A stretch of DNA of 64,000 nt from a candidate division WWE3 bacterium. Lineage in GTDB: Bacteria > Patescibacteriota > 4484-211 > GCA-002791395. Numbering within the stretch: the stretch's first letter is position 1; every line of letters starts with the position of its first letter. The notes below the pieces were generated by a model. It worked only from the letters and a program-made list of their open reading frames with translations. It did no database searches and had not been told where the DNA came from. Of this stretch, positions 30,549 to 40,921 are shown piece after piece. Location of the stretch: NCBI GenBank assembly GCA_013335095.1, contig JAAXWF010000001.1:214797-278796 (forward strand), written 5' to 3'. Both the position numbers and the translations under genes were made by a program.

Positions 30549-30727
30549 GGTCTGCTCCTTCGTTGCAGCAAAGCTGCGCTATAAATCGTACCCGGCAATT
30601 CGCCAGGCACCCATGTCGGTATTATCCGACAAGCCGTATTTAGGCCAAAAGATCAGTATTCTTAATACTAAGCTATTGTCCTAAACAAGTGTTATTTATT
30701 ATAGGATGTAAACACAAGAAATACAAC

Positions 30728-32539
30728 TTATGATTGAACCCGCACGTACACTCTCCGAACACCTTTGCCAACGGACTCTTGTTTGTATAATTCAAGCTTC
30801 CCAATTTGATCAGTATTTGAAACATGAGGCCCACCACAAAACTCTTTACTGAACGCAGACTCTAAGTCATCCCCAATATAGTACACCTTTACTTGATCAC
30901 CGTATTTTTCACCAAAAAAATGAAGAGCTCCCGATTCTTCAGCCTTGTCCTTAGGTAAGATAACATAATTAACAGGTATCTTATCAGTAATCTTTTGGTT
31001 AATAAGAAGCTCTATCTGCTTAATTTGTTCATCGGATAATTTATCGGAATAATTAAAATCAAATCGTAAGCGTTCACCAGTAATATTACTTCCACGTTGA
31101 GAAACATCCGTACCAAGAACTTCACGAAGTGCCCAGTGTAACAAATGAGTAGCTGTATGATATTTCACAACTTCATCACTTTGATCGGCCAAGCCTCCTT
31201 TAAACTTTTGCTCTGCACCTGCACGAGAGCCAGCCTGATGCTGTGACTGAGAACTGTGGTATTGATCTTCGATCTTATGACGATCAAAATTGATCCCTTT
31301 CTCTTCTAGTACTTCGATGAACATCTCAATGGGAAACCCAACAGACTGATATACCTCAAACGCCATTTCGGTTATATCATCACCACGCTCAAGTCGTTTT
31401 TCAACCTCGCGTAATCCTCGATCTAATGTTTTAGAAAACTTCTGCTCTTCTTCGCCAAATATCGAAGTAATCTGTGGCTGTCTTTCAATTAGTTCCGGAT
31501 ACATCCACTGTAACGTCTCTGCTACCGTACTAACTAAACGAACCGAAATATTCTCATACACACCCAACTTTCGACCAAAGCGGACAATTCTTCGCAAAAA
31601 TCGTCGTAACACATATCCTTGATCTTTATTTGAAGGAACCACACCATCCATCGCAAGAAAAGTCGCAGTACGAATATGATCAGCAAGGATCCGCATTGCT
31701 TTTGTGTCTTCGGACCCCTTTCCATATAACCTACCCGACAATTCCTCGACCTTATGAATAATTGGTTCAAACATATCGGTCTGATAAATATCGGATTTAT
31801 CATCAGACACTAACGTGATACGTTCTAAACCGCCACCAAAATCAACGTTTTTTTGAGGCAAGGTTTCCCAACCACCATCATGTGTTCGACGATACTGCAT
31901 AAACACTGAATTACCTATTTCTAAAAACTCAGAGTCATTCTCCGCTGGAGATTTCCCGAGTCCATTGCCATCTTTTCCAATATAATAAAAGACTTCGCTA
32001 TCAGGACCTCCAAGCTCTCCCGGAGCATCCCCGCGTTGCCACCAATTATCTTTTCGTCCACATGCAAAAATTCGTTCTCCAACCTTCGCGTCAACTCCAT
32101 ACTTAGCAAAAATATCTTGAAGAATAGCGATAGATTCATCATCACGAGGCGCATAATTATCACCTTCGAATACAGTCGCATATAAACGATTTACATCTAA
32201 ACCAATCTCTTCGACAAAAAACTGGTATACCCAAGGGAGTTGGTCTTTTTTGAAATAATCTCCCAGACTCCAATTTCCAATCATATGGAAACATGTTGTG
32301 TGGTTATAATCTCCGATCTCCTCTAGATCTTCAAATCTCAAAGCCCGCTGAACGTTGACTAAGCGTGATCCAGCAGGATGTTTTTCTCCACTTAAATAAG
32401 GAACGAGCGGAAACATTCCAGAGTTAACAAACAGTAGTGTCGAGTCACCTTCGGGCACCAAGGACATATTAGGGATCAACTTATGTTGTCTATTCTGATA
32501 AAAACTAATGTACTTCGATAGAATATCTTGACTACGCAT
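30728..32539 (-). CDS. alaS: alanine--tRNA ligase, short form lacking C-Ala
   Basis: TLLFVNSGM, GNWSLGDYFK, VDFGGGLER, editing motifs HTATH and CGGPH. Confidence 0.96.
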   Translation of the reverse strand: MRSQDILSKYISFYQNRQHKLIPNMSLVPEGDSTLLFVNSGMFPLVPYLSGEKHPAGSRLVNVQRALRFEDLEEIGDYNHTTCFHMIGNWSLGDYFKKDQLPWVYQFFVEEIGLDVNRLYATVFEGDNYAPRDDESIAILQDIFAKYGVDAKVGERIFACGRKDNWWQRGDAPGELGGPDSEVFYYIGKDGNGLGKSPAENDSEFLEIGNSVFMQYRRTHDGGWETLPQKNVDFGGGLERITLVSDDKSDIYQTDMFEPIIHKVEELSGRLYGKGSEDTKAMRILADHIRTATFLAMDGVVPSNKDQGYVLRRFLRRIVRFGRKLGVYENISVRLVSTVAETLQWMYPELIERQPQITSIFGEEEQKFSKTLDRGLREVEKRLERGDDITEMAFEVYQSVGFPIEMFIEVLEEKGINFDRHKIEDQYHSSQSQHQAGSRAGAEQKFKGGLADQSDEVVKYHTATHLLHWALREVLGTDVSQRGSNITGERLRFDFNYSDKLSDEQIKQIELLINQKITDKIPVNYVILPKDKAEESGALHFFGEKYGDQVKVYYIGDDLESAFSKEFCGGPHVSNTDQIGKLELYKQESVGKGVRRVYVRVQS

Positions 32540-32596
32540 ATTCGTGATTATAACAAACTAACTCTTGGGATTTTAATAGATAGAAACGAAGGAACG

Positions 32597-33640
32597 TTAC
32601 TGGATTAATTCTTTCTCAACAAAGTCTAGTGAAGGAGCAAGGTTCTCCGAAATGGTTTCCCAGTTTACCTGCATTGGTTTAATAGTACTCACATCAGGTA
32701 CATTTGCTGGACGGTCTACACCGGGTAATAACGGCATCTGCACCGATTTAGTCGCCGCTAATGCAGCCTCAGTTTTCTCGGAAATCAAGTAATCGAATAA
32801 TTTATGTGCTGCATCGACATTCTTAGCACCTTTAATCATCATCAGTGTGTTTGGTATTACCAAAGTTCCCATGCCGCCCTCACCTTGATCTGGATAGACT
32901 ACTTTGACTGGCTTACCATCAGATAAGGCTTCATTTGCATCATCAGTATCGGTAAAGCCAACCACCATCTCCCCATTTGAAACCTTCTCCATTGTTTGAC
33001 CGTTGCTCTGTGCAATGTTTAAACCATTTGCTTTTAGGTCTGATAAATATTGCTCGGCGTCAGCTTGCCCAAGCACTGTATATAAAGCAGCAACGTGTGA
33101 ACCAGTAGAACCCGCCCGAGGATCAGCGATCGTTACTTTATCTTTAAAACGAGCATTCGTTAGATCGTATAATGAATCTGGATATTGAGCTTCTGTAAGT
33201 AAGTCAGTGTTAACCAACACTACGCGAGCTCGGGCAGCAAATCCAGTCCAAAATCCATTTGCATCTTTATAAACGCTTGCTAATTTATCAAAATTAGGTG
33301 TTTTGTATGATTCAAGAACGCCTTCTTTCTTCAATTGGATGGTACGTGAGACTTCGTTATTCCAAAATATATCGGCCTGAGGATTGTCCTTCTCGGCAAT
33401 TAGCCTATTAACTAAACCTACAGACTTTGATGCCTCAGTATCATAAACCGCATTAACTTTGATCCCAGTTTCATCTTCAAAATCCTTTAAAATCGGCTCG
33501 GAGTAATCCTGATCGTGGGCGACATATATAGTTACTGCATCAGTTGAAGGTTTGATACTACGGAAAAAGAATATTCCGACAATAGACACGACTAAGACGA
33601 TGAGTAAAATTAATAATTCTCCAGAACCGCGTCTATTCAT
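32597..33640 (-). CDS. ABC transporter substrate-binding protein, iron(III) FutA/AfuA-like
   Basis: LIAEKDNPQADIFW, WTGFAARARV, TDTDDA, GTLVIPN; N-terminal TM anchor. Confidence 0.85.
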   Translation of the reverse strand: MNRRGSGELLILLIVLVVSIVGIFFFRSIKPSTDAVTIYVAHDQDYSEPILKDFEDETGIKVNAVYDTEASKSVGLVNRLIAEKDNPQADIFWNNEVSRTIQLKKEGVLESYKTPNFDKLASVYKDANGFWTGFAARARVVLVNTDLLTEAQYPDSLYDLTNARFKDKVTIADPRAGSTGSHVAALYTVLGQADAEQYLSDLKANGLNIAQSNGQTMEKVSNGEMVVGFTDTDDANEALSDGKPVKVVYPDQGEGGMGTLVIPNTLMMIKGAKNVDAAHKLFDYLISEKTEAALAATKSVQMPLLPGVDRPANVPDVSTIKPMQVNWETISENLAPSLDFVEKELIQ

Positions 33641-33710
33641 ACTTAGAAAATATTAAAAAAAGAGGCTACCGATGTCAAGAAGTAAAACGCAACGGATGTG
33701 TTTCTCAAAT

Positions 33711-34019
33711 CTACATACGAACTTCGATGGATACACCAGCTGGAAGGTCCAAGTTAGATAATGCATCTAACGTTTTAGGGGTTGGATTAATAATATCTAT
33801 TAATCGTTTATGGGTACGTTGTTCAAACGCTTCTTGTGAGCGTTTATCAATATGTGGTCCTCGAATAACTGTATACCGCTCAATGTTGGTCGGGAGTGGC
33901 ACAGGTCCAATGACCCCAGCCCCAGACTGTAATGCGGCATCTAAGATTTCCTCAACCGTACGGTCGAGAACCTTGTAATCATAAGCTTTTAAACGAACTC
34001 GTATTCTTACTCCAGACAT
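33711..34019 (-). CDS. rpsJ: 30S ribosomal protein S10
   Basis: IRVRLKAYD, GPVPLPT, FEQRTHKRLIDI. Confidence 0.98.
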   Translation of the reverse strand: MSGVRIRVRLKAYDYKVLDRTVEEILDAALQSGAGVIGPVPLPTNIERYTVIRGPHIDKRSQEAFEQRTHKRLIDIINPTPKTLDALSNLDLPAGVSIEVRM

Positions 34020-34097
34020 AATTTTTTTGTGTAACTAATTGATCAGTAACAGCCAATTAGTTAATGTACATCTTCGCTATGTATTATACAGTACTCG

Positions 34098-34138
34098 CGA
34101 AAGGTGGTCCCCCAAATCATTGGAGAACCGACCTTTCG
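34098..34138 (-). terminator. long hairpin after tuf
   Basis: CGAAAGGT/ACCTTTCG outer stem with inner GGT/ACC and CCAA/TTGG pairing; no clear U tract. Confidence 0.5.
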
Positions 34139-34141
34139 TGA

Positions 34142-35326
34142 CTACTTAGCAACTTTAGTCACAACACCAGCACCAACAGTACTACCGCCTTCACGAATAG
34201 CGAAACGCATTCCTTCTTCGATAGCGACTGGTTGGATTAACTTAACCTTAAATGTAACGTTATCGCCAGGCATTACCATTTCAACGCCATCGGCTAAAGT
34301 TACTTCACCCGTCACGTCTGTCGTGCGGATATAGAACTGTGGTCGATATCCACTAAAAAATGGAGTATGTCGGCCACCTTCATCCTTGGACAATACGTAT
34401 ACCTCAGCCTCAAATTCGGTATGAGGAGTTATTGATCCAGGTTTTGCTACAACCATACCACGTTGAACATCATCATTCTTGGTACCGCGGAGTAAAATAC
34501 CAACGTTATCGCCGGCCATACCCTCGGTTAACTCCTTGCGGAACATTTCAACACCAGTTACAACTGAGTTTTGTATATCAGGGCGAATACCTACAAGTTC
34601 AACAGGATCGTTGACTTTAATGATACCTCGGTCTATACGACCAGTAACAACGGTACCGCGACCTTCAATAGAGAACACGTCTTCAACTGGCATCAAGAAA
34701 GGCTTATCGGTGTCTCGTTCAGGAACTTCAAAGTAGCTATCCATTGTTTCTACCAACTTCCCGATTGAAGCAATCGCATCAGCATCACCTTCAAGAGCTT
34801 TAAGCGCAGAACCGCGTATAACAGGCGTATCTGAAGGATATTCATTCTTTTCCAACAGTTCACGGATTTCGACCTCAACGAGATCCGCTAACTCAGCATC
34901 GTCAACCATATCCATTTTGTTCATGAAAACAATTAGGCGAGGAACGTTAACCTGTCGTGCTAACAAGATATGTTCACGCGTCTGTGGCATCGGACCGTCA
35001 GCTGCAGAAACCACCAACACAGCACCGTCCATTTGGGCTGCACCTGTAATCATGTTTTTAATATAGTCACGGTGTCCAGGAGCATCGATGTGTGCATAGT
35101 GGCGAGCGTCAGTCTGATATTCGACGTGAGTAATATTGATGGTAATACCACGCGCACGTTCTTCTGGTGCATTATCAATATTTTCATACGCCTTAAATTC
35201 GGCCATACCTTTTTCAGAGAGGTACTTTGTGATCGCGGCAGTCAATGTAGTTTTGCCGTGGTCAACGTGCCCAATAGTTCCGACGTTTAAATGTGGTTTG
35301 GTTCGTTCAAAGACTTCTTTTGCCAT
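34142..35326 (-). CDS. tuf: elongation factor Tu
   Basis: [23 protein letters not shown]; own TATAAT and SD. Confidence 0.99.
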   Translation of the reverse strand: MAKEVFERTKPHLNVGTIGHVDHGKTTLTAAITKYLSEKGMAEFKAYENIDNAPEERARGITINITHVEYQTDARHYAHIDAPGHRDYIKNMITGAAQMDGAVLVVSAADGPMPQTREHILLARQVNVPRLIVFMNKMDMVDDAELADLVEVEIRELLEKNEYPSDTPVIRGSALKALEGDADAIASIGKLVETMDSYFEVPERDTDKPFLMPVEDVFSIEGRGTVVTGRIDRGIIKVNDPVELVGIRPDIQNSVVTGVEMFRKELTEGMAGDNVGILLRGTKNDDVQRGMVVAKPGSITPHTEFEAEVYVLSKDEGGRHTPFFSGYRPQFYIRTTDVTGEVTLADGVEMVMPGDNVTFKVKLIQPVAIEEGMRFAIREGGSTVGAGVVTKVAK

Positions 35327-35431
35327 ATTTGCTTCACCCCCTCTCGCAGTTACCCTCGTTAAACAACCCTGTTCCAGAGGGGTTTTTCCGTATTATATCA
35401 CTACTTTTCTTCAATGTAGCTGTTACTGCGA

Positions 35432-37540
35432 TCAAGCAGCATTAGCAACAATCTTTTCAGTAATATTCGTAGGTACAATTTGATAGTGACTTGGGACAAG
35501 CATAAAGCTCGCACGTCCTTGTGTCATCGAACGTAAATTAGTTGCATATCCAAACATTTCGGCTAGTGGAACTTGCGCAACAATAGATACCGCGTTTCCA
35601 CGTTGATTGGTTGTAACAATTTGACCACGTTTACCAGAGAGATCTCCTATAATATCCCCCATAAATTCTTGTGGAGTAACCACTTCCAGCTCCATTATTG
35701 GTTCGAGTAACACTGGTTTTGCTTGTTTTACACCTTCACGGGTAGCAATTGATCCTGCTAATTTAAAGGCGATTTCAGATGAGTCAACATCATGATAAGA
35801 ACCATCCACAAGAATGATACGAACATCCTGCACAGGATAACCGCCCAAGACACCACTATCCAACGCCTCCATCACACCTTTTTCAATAGGATTTATAAAT
35901 TCATTTGGAATTGCTCCCCCCTTGATCTTGTTAACAAACTCTCGCCCCATACCTCGATCTAAAGGTTCGACATCAATCATCACATCACCATATTGACCTC
36001 GACCGCCACTTTGACGAATATATTGCCCACGTACATTCTTAACAGGTTGAGTAATAGCTTCACGGAAAGCAACCTGAGGTCGTCCCACATTCGCTTCGAC
36101 CTTAAATTCACGTAATAAACGATCTACCATAATTTCTAAATGTAACTCGCCCATTCCTGAGATTAGCGATTGACCTGTGTCTGGATTTGTTTGCAACTTA
36201 AATGTTGGATCTTCTTCTTGTAACTTGCGGAGACCCTCACCAAGTCTCTCCTGGTCAGATTTTGATTTTGGTTCAATAGCGAGTGAAATGACCGGATCTG
36301 GAAATTGAATCGTTTCCAAAATAACTGGATTCGCTGGATCACACATTGTTTCTGATGTGACGGTATCTTTTAATCCTACTGCAGCACCAATATTTCCAGC
36401 AGTTAGCTCAGAAACTTCTTCACGTTCGTTGGCATGCATAAGAAGAATTCGTCCGATTCGTTCTTTAATATTTTTAGTCGGATTAAAGACAGTATCACCA
36501 GACTTAATTTTCCCAGAATAAACTCGGAAATACGTTAATCGTCCAACATAGGGATCTGTTTGTACTTTAAATGCTAATGCTGAAAATGGATCATTAATAT
36601 TGGGATGACGTTCAACCTCTTCATCTGTATTCGGATTGATACCCTTCGTATGTACAACTTCTGCTGGTGATGGCAGGTACTCTACGACCGCATCTAATAG
36701 AGGTTGCACACCTTTATTTCGTAGGGAAGTACCAGTTAATACAGGTACTAGCTTTAGAGCAACAACAGCCTTACGCATGCTTGCTTTCAGGCGATCAATT
36801 TCGATCTCATTACCCTCTAGATAATCATTTAATAATTCGTCATCTGTTTCAGCAATCTTCTCAATTAATTCTTGTCTAAGCTCTTCGGTCATTTTGCGAT
36901 GAGCTTCATCAACCAATTCGCATGAATCGACATCGAATGCTTCAAACTTGGCACCGAGCTCTTCACCATTCCAGATGAGGGCCTTACGAGTAAGCAAATC
37001 GATAACACCTTTGAAGTCTGATTCTGTACCAATTGGGATATTATATGCGACTGCCGGCAAGCCTAATCGATCTCGAACCTCTTTGAGGGTGTTTACGTAA
37101 TCAGCACCGACTTTATCGATTTTATTAACAAAAATTATTCGTGAAATATGATATTTATCAGCTTGACGAGAAACTTTCTCGGTTTGAGCTTGTACGCCTT
37201 CAGATGCATCCAGAACCATTACAACGCCATCAAGAACGCGAAGAGAGCGTTCTACCTCAGCCGTGAAATCAAGGTGACCAGGAGTATCGATAATGTTAAT
37301 TCGGTGATTTAACCAAAAAGTAGTTGTTGCAGCAGAAGTTATGGTGATACCACGTTCGCGCTCTTGCTCCATCCAATCCATGGTGGCAGCACCTTCGTGC
37401 ACTTCGCCGATTTTATAAGTACGCCCAGTGTAATACAGAATCCGTTCAGTAGTAGTTGTTTTCCCCGCGTCAATGTGTGCAATGATCCCGATGTTGCGAA
37501 TCTTTTCAATCGGTGTTTCGTTGATTTTTTTCTCCGCCAT
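35432..37540 (-). CDS. fusA: elongation factor G
   Basis: AHIDAGKTT, ERGITI, DTPGH, GMGELHL. Confidence 0.99.
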   Translation of the reverse strand: MAEKKINETPIEKIRNIGIIAHIDAGKTTTTERILYYTGRTYKIGEVHEGAATMDWMEQERERGITITSAATTTFWLNHRINIIDTPGHLDFTAEVERSLRVLDGVVMVLDASEGVQAQTEKVSRQADKYHISRIIFVNKIDKVGADYVNTLKEVRDRLGLPAVAYNIPIGTESDFKGVIDLLTRKALIWNGEELGAKFEAFDVDSCELVDEAHRKMTEELRQELIEKIAETDDELLNDYLEGNEIEIDRLKASMRKAVVALKLVPVLTGTSLRNKGVQPLLDAVVEYLPSPAEVVHTKGINPNTDEEVERHPNINDPFSALAFKVQTDPYVGRLTYFRVYSGKIKSGDTVFNPTKNIKERIGRILLMHANEREEVSELTAGNIGAAVGLKDTVTSETMCDPANPVILETIQFPDPVISLAIEPKSKSDQERLGEGLRKLQEEDPTFKLQTNPDTGQSLISGMGELHLEIMVDRLLREFKVEANVGRPQVAFREAITQPVKNVRGQYIRQSGGRGQYGDVMIDVEPLDRGMGREFVNKIKGGAIPNEFINPIEKGVMEALDSGVLGGYPVQDVRIILVDGSYHDVDSSEIAFKLAGSIATREGVKQAKPVLLEPIMELEVVTPQEFMGDIIGDLSGKRGQIVTTNQRGNAVSIVAQVPLAEMFGYATNLRSMTQGRASFMLVPSHYQIVPTNITEKIVANAA

Positions 37541-37549
37541 ACAGCGCCG

Positions 37550-37577
37550 ATTATAACAGAGTGGGGAACAGTGTCAA
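37550..37577 (-). promoter_or_regulatory. consensus sigma70 promoter of fusA
   Basis: TTGACA-16 nt-TATAAT, 9 nt before the ATG. Confidence 0.8.
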
Positions 37578-37665
37578 CAGAAATACAACACTAAAATAAA
37601 GCAAAAATATGTAATTTAAACTTTATACTTAATCTAAATAAATATGTATGAAAAAATAACAAAGA

Positions 37666-38136
37666 TTACCACTTAAAGTGAGCAAAGGCTCGATTTGCTT
37701 CGGCCATTTTATGCATGTTTTCGCGTTTCTTTATTGCATCACCTTCATTTTTGATTGCGTTGACGAGTTCTTCAGCGAGCTTCATTTCCATCGGGCGACC
37801 CGAGCGCTCATCTGCAGCTTGAATCATCCACCGCATCGCCATTGCCTCACCTCGTGATTTACTAACGGGAACAGGGATTTGATAGGTTGCGCCACCGACA
37901 CGCCGTGGGCGAACTTCTACTTCGGGACGAATAGTCATCAATGCTTTTTCAAATAACTCGGAGGGGGTCATGCCTGCTTTTTCAGCTGCGACATCTAGTG
38001 CACCATATACAATTGTTTTTGCTTTATCTTTTTTACCGTCGCGCATGACGTAATTTATAAATTTAGTAACACGAATATCTTGATAGCGCTCATCAGGTTG
38101 TAATACTTTTCGTCGAACTAATTTACTTCGTGGCAT
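37666..38136 (-). CDS. rpsG: 30S ribosomal protein S7
   Basis: RRVGGATYQIP, MAEANRAFAHF. Confidence 0.98.
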   Translation of the reverse strand: MPRSKLVRRKVLQPDERYQDIRVTKFINYVMRDGKKDKAKTIVYGALDVAAEKAGMTPSELFEKALMTIRPEVEVRPRRVGGATYQIPVPVSKSRGEAMAMRWMIQAADERSGRPMEMKLAEELVNAIKNEGDAIKKRENMHKMAEANRAFAHFKW

Positions 38137-38139
38137 AGT

Positions 38140-38568
38140 TTATTTGGCTCCCTTCTTTTCATTTGGTTTTTTGGCACCATACTTGGATCGTGAAGTCATA
38201 CGACCTTGAACACCAGAGGTATCTAGAGTACCTCGAACAATATGATATTTAACACCTGGCAAATCCTTTACACGTCCGCCTCGAATCATTACGATACTAT
38301 GCTCTTGAAGATTATGTCCTTCACCTGGAATATACACGGTAACTTCTTTTTTATTTGAGAGACGAACACGAGCAACTTTTCGTAATGCTGAGTTTGGTTT
38401 CTTAGGGGCCATGGTTCGGACCAATAGAACGACTCCGCGCTTAAATGGATTAGATGCAGTTGTTAAACGACGCTTTGAATTATTCCACTGTCCATTCAAT
38501 GCAACTGACTTAGCTTTTTTATTTTTTGTTCCGCGTGGTTTGCGGATGAGTTGATTTATCGTTGGCAT
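38140..38568 (-). CDS. rpsL: 30S ribosomal protein S12
   Basis: [20 protein letters not shown]. Confidence 0.98.
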   Translation of the reverse strand: MPTINQLIRKPRGTKNKKAKSVALNGQWNNSKRRLTTASNPFKRGVVLLVRTMAPKKPNSALRKVARVRLSNKKEVTVYIPGEGHNLQEHSIVMIRGGRVKDLPGVKYHIVRGTLDTSGVQGRMTSRSKYGAKKPNEKKGAK

Positions 38569-38583
38569 GACGGGGCGATTCTA

Positions 38584-40236
38584 TCACAAATTGATCATAA
38601 CCGGCAAGATCATTGGTTCACGTTTCGTTTTTTTGTAGAAAAAGCGCTGTAGATCAGCCTCTATGACATCTCGAACTTTCGACCAATCGTTAGCAGTTTT
38701 ACCTTCAATATGGTTTGAGGCTATCTTCTGGGCTTGCTTAATCAAAGCATCTGATCCGGCCATATAAATAAAACCACGACTTACAACATCGACAGAGGAA
38801 ACCAAGTTGCCGTTATTTTGTTTTTTCACGATGACAACGAAGATACCTTCTTCAGCCATCTTTTGACGATCTTCTAGTACGACCCGACCAACATCACCAA
38901 CTACACTGCCATCAACGAAGACGTCTTTTGTAATAACATCATCCCCCACCCGAGCTTTACCTTTTATAAATTCGATTGTTTGGTTCTCTCGTAATTCAAA
39001 CACTGTTTGAGGATCAAATCCCATTCTCTCAACGAGGGCAGCATACCCCTTCTGATGCCGTGGTGTACCACCAATAGGTACAAAATATTTAGGTCTGGTA
39101 ATTGCAGCCATGATTGATAAGTCGCCCTGCGTACCATGTCCACTAACATGTAAATCGTCTTGAATCTCTGAATAGACAACTCGGGCGCCAGCAGTAGTTA
39201 GATTATCAATTACCGCACCGACCTGATCAAATATTCCTGGGATAGGATCGGCTGAGAAGATAACAACATCATCTTCTAATAATTGAACATTTCGATTCTC
39301 ACCTCGAGAGAGACGGTCTAACGCCGAACCCTTTTGACCAAAACTCCCCGCGATAATGTAGGTGATTTTTGATGGATGGATTTTATGAGCCTTTTCTAAT
39401 GGTACAAGAATGCCCTCAGGAACGTTTAAATAACCCAAATTAACTGCAATCTCGATATTTTGATCAATACTGCGACCGACTGGCACAATTTGCCTACCGT
39501 ACTTCACTGACGCATTAATAGCTTGCTGCATACGAGAGATGTTTGATGACATGGTGGTAATAAAAACTTGTCCTGGTGCGTTCTCCATTTCACGTTCAAA
39601 AGAGTGCTGTATTTTACGTTCAGATTCTGTGTATCCTTCGGCATTCGAACCTAAACAGTCAGAAAACAGGGCTAATACACCTTCCTCGACTAATCGAGCT
39701 AGTTTTCCGATTTGAAAAAACTTACCGTCAACAGGAGTCCAGTCGAATTTGAAGTCAGGTGAGTGAACCAAGTTTCCAAATGGGGTTCGAATAAAAAATC
39801 CTAACGTATCTGGTACAGAGTGATTTACACGATATGGAGTTATTTCAAATTCTCCAAGTCGAATCGGTGGACCGTCTGGATCAATTAAATTTAGCGTCTG
39901 ACCTTTTAATAAATTGAACTCTGACAATTTGTTTTGGATAAAACCACGCGGCAATTTTGCGGCATAAACGGGAGGACGCCCAAGGTCTTCTAGAACATAG
40001 GGTAAACCACCTATATGATCTTCATGAGCATGTGAAATCAGAATGGCACGGATACGATCTTTACGATCACGCAAATAACCAACATCTGGAATCACTACAT
40101 CAACGCCAAGTTGTTCAGTTTCAGGAAAACCAATACCAGCATCAATGACGATGATGTCTTTGTCGCTTTCCCAAACATGCATGTTCTTTGTGACTTCACC
40201 AACGCCACCTAATGGAATGTACCGTAATTTATTCAT
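38584..40236 (-). CDS. rnj: ribonuclease J
   Basis: PLGGVGEVTKNM, SHAHEDHIG, DFK, HVSGH. Confidence 0.96.
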   Translation of the reverse strand: MNKLRYIPLGGVGEVTKNMHVWESDKDIIVIDAGIGFPETEQLGVDVVIPDVGYLRDRKDRIRAILISHAHEDHIGGLPYVLEDLGRPPVYAAKLPRGFIQNKLSEFNLLKGQTLNLIDPDGPPIRLGEFEITPYRVNHSVPDTLGFFIRTPFGNLVHSPDFKFDWTPVDGKFFQIGKLARLVEEGVLALFSDCLGSNAEGYTESERKIQHSFEREMENAPGQVFITTMSSNISRMQQAINASVKYGRQIVPVGRSIDQNIEIAVNLGYLNVPEGILVPLEKAHKIHPSKITYIIAGSFGQKGSALDRLSRGENRNVQLLEDDVVIFSADPIPGIFDQVGAVIDNLTTAGARVVYSEIQDDLHVSGHGTQGDLSIMAAITRPKYFVPIGGTPRHQKGYAALVERMGFDPQTVFELRENQTIEFIKGKARVGDDVITKDVFVDGSVVGDVGRVVLEDRQKMAEEGIFVVIVKKQNNGNLVSSVDVVSRGFIYMAGSDALIKQAQKIASNHIEGKTANDWSKVRDVIEADLQRFFYKKTKREPMILPVMINL

Positions 40237-40272
40237 ATTCTATTTTTCTTATCGCAGTTAATATTAACATAT

Positions 40273-40911
40273 TTAAAACAATGACGGTTGATCCGATTTA
40301 TTATCGGTCTGAACTGAATTATTTGATTCCTTTACAAACAACGAAAAACCATCGCCTAGGCTACTTTTCAGTAGCAATGATAATGTTTCTACATCTTTAT
40401 TAAAAGCGGCCAGAACCTCGGAAGCCCGTAAAGCAGCTGCGGGATGATACAGGGGAAATATGGTTATACCTAATGAAGTTTCCACTTTATTTCCGTGACA
40501 CCGTGAAATCTTTTCTTCTGGCAAAAACCAATTCATTGCAAAACGTCCCAAAGTAACAATCACCTTAGGTTCAATAATAGCTAACTCACGCTCTAAATAG
40601 GGACGATATATACCGATCTCTTCGGGTAAAGGATCTCGATTTTCAGGTGGACGAGCTTTAACAATGTTCGTTACCCAAAATGCATTACGATCCAATCCAT
40701 ACTTAGCTAGAGTGGAATTTAACAGTTTACCGGCTTGACCGACAAATGGTCTTTTCTCTTTGGCTTCAAAAAAACCGCCTGCCTCGCCAATGAATACGAC
40801 GTAGTTATTCGGATTACCATCGCCTGGTATAAGCGGTGATTGATCGGTTAAAGGGAGATTGGCACCTTCCATTTCGAAGAATAATTCGGCTAACGCCTTT
40901 TGTTTTTCCAT
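40273..40911 (-). CDS. uracil-DNA glycosylase family 4
   Basis: IGEAGG..E, RPFVGQAG, RPPENRDP, YHPAAALR. Confidence 0.92.
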   Translation of the reverse strand: MEKQKALAELFFEMEGANLPLTDQSPLIPGDGNPNNYVVFIGEAGGFFEAKEKRPFVGQAGKLLNSTLAKYGLDRNAFWVTNIVKARPPENRDPLPEEIGIYRPYLERELAIIEPKVIVTLGRFAMNWFLPEEKISRCHGNKVETSLGITIFPLYHPAAALRASEVLAAFNKDVETLSLLLKSSLGDGFSLFVKESNNSVQTDNKSDQPSLF

Positions 40912-40921
40912 CAGTAAGTTA

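Noticed and set aside
30728-32539. AlaRS only 603 aa, possible pseudogene
   Set aside because: Catalytic and editing motifs are intact; short AlaRS lacking C-Ala is a known form in reduced genomes.
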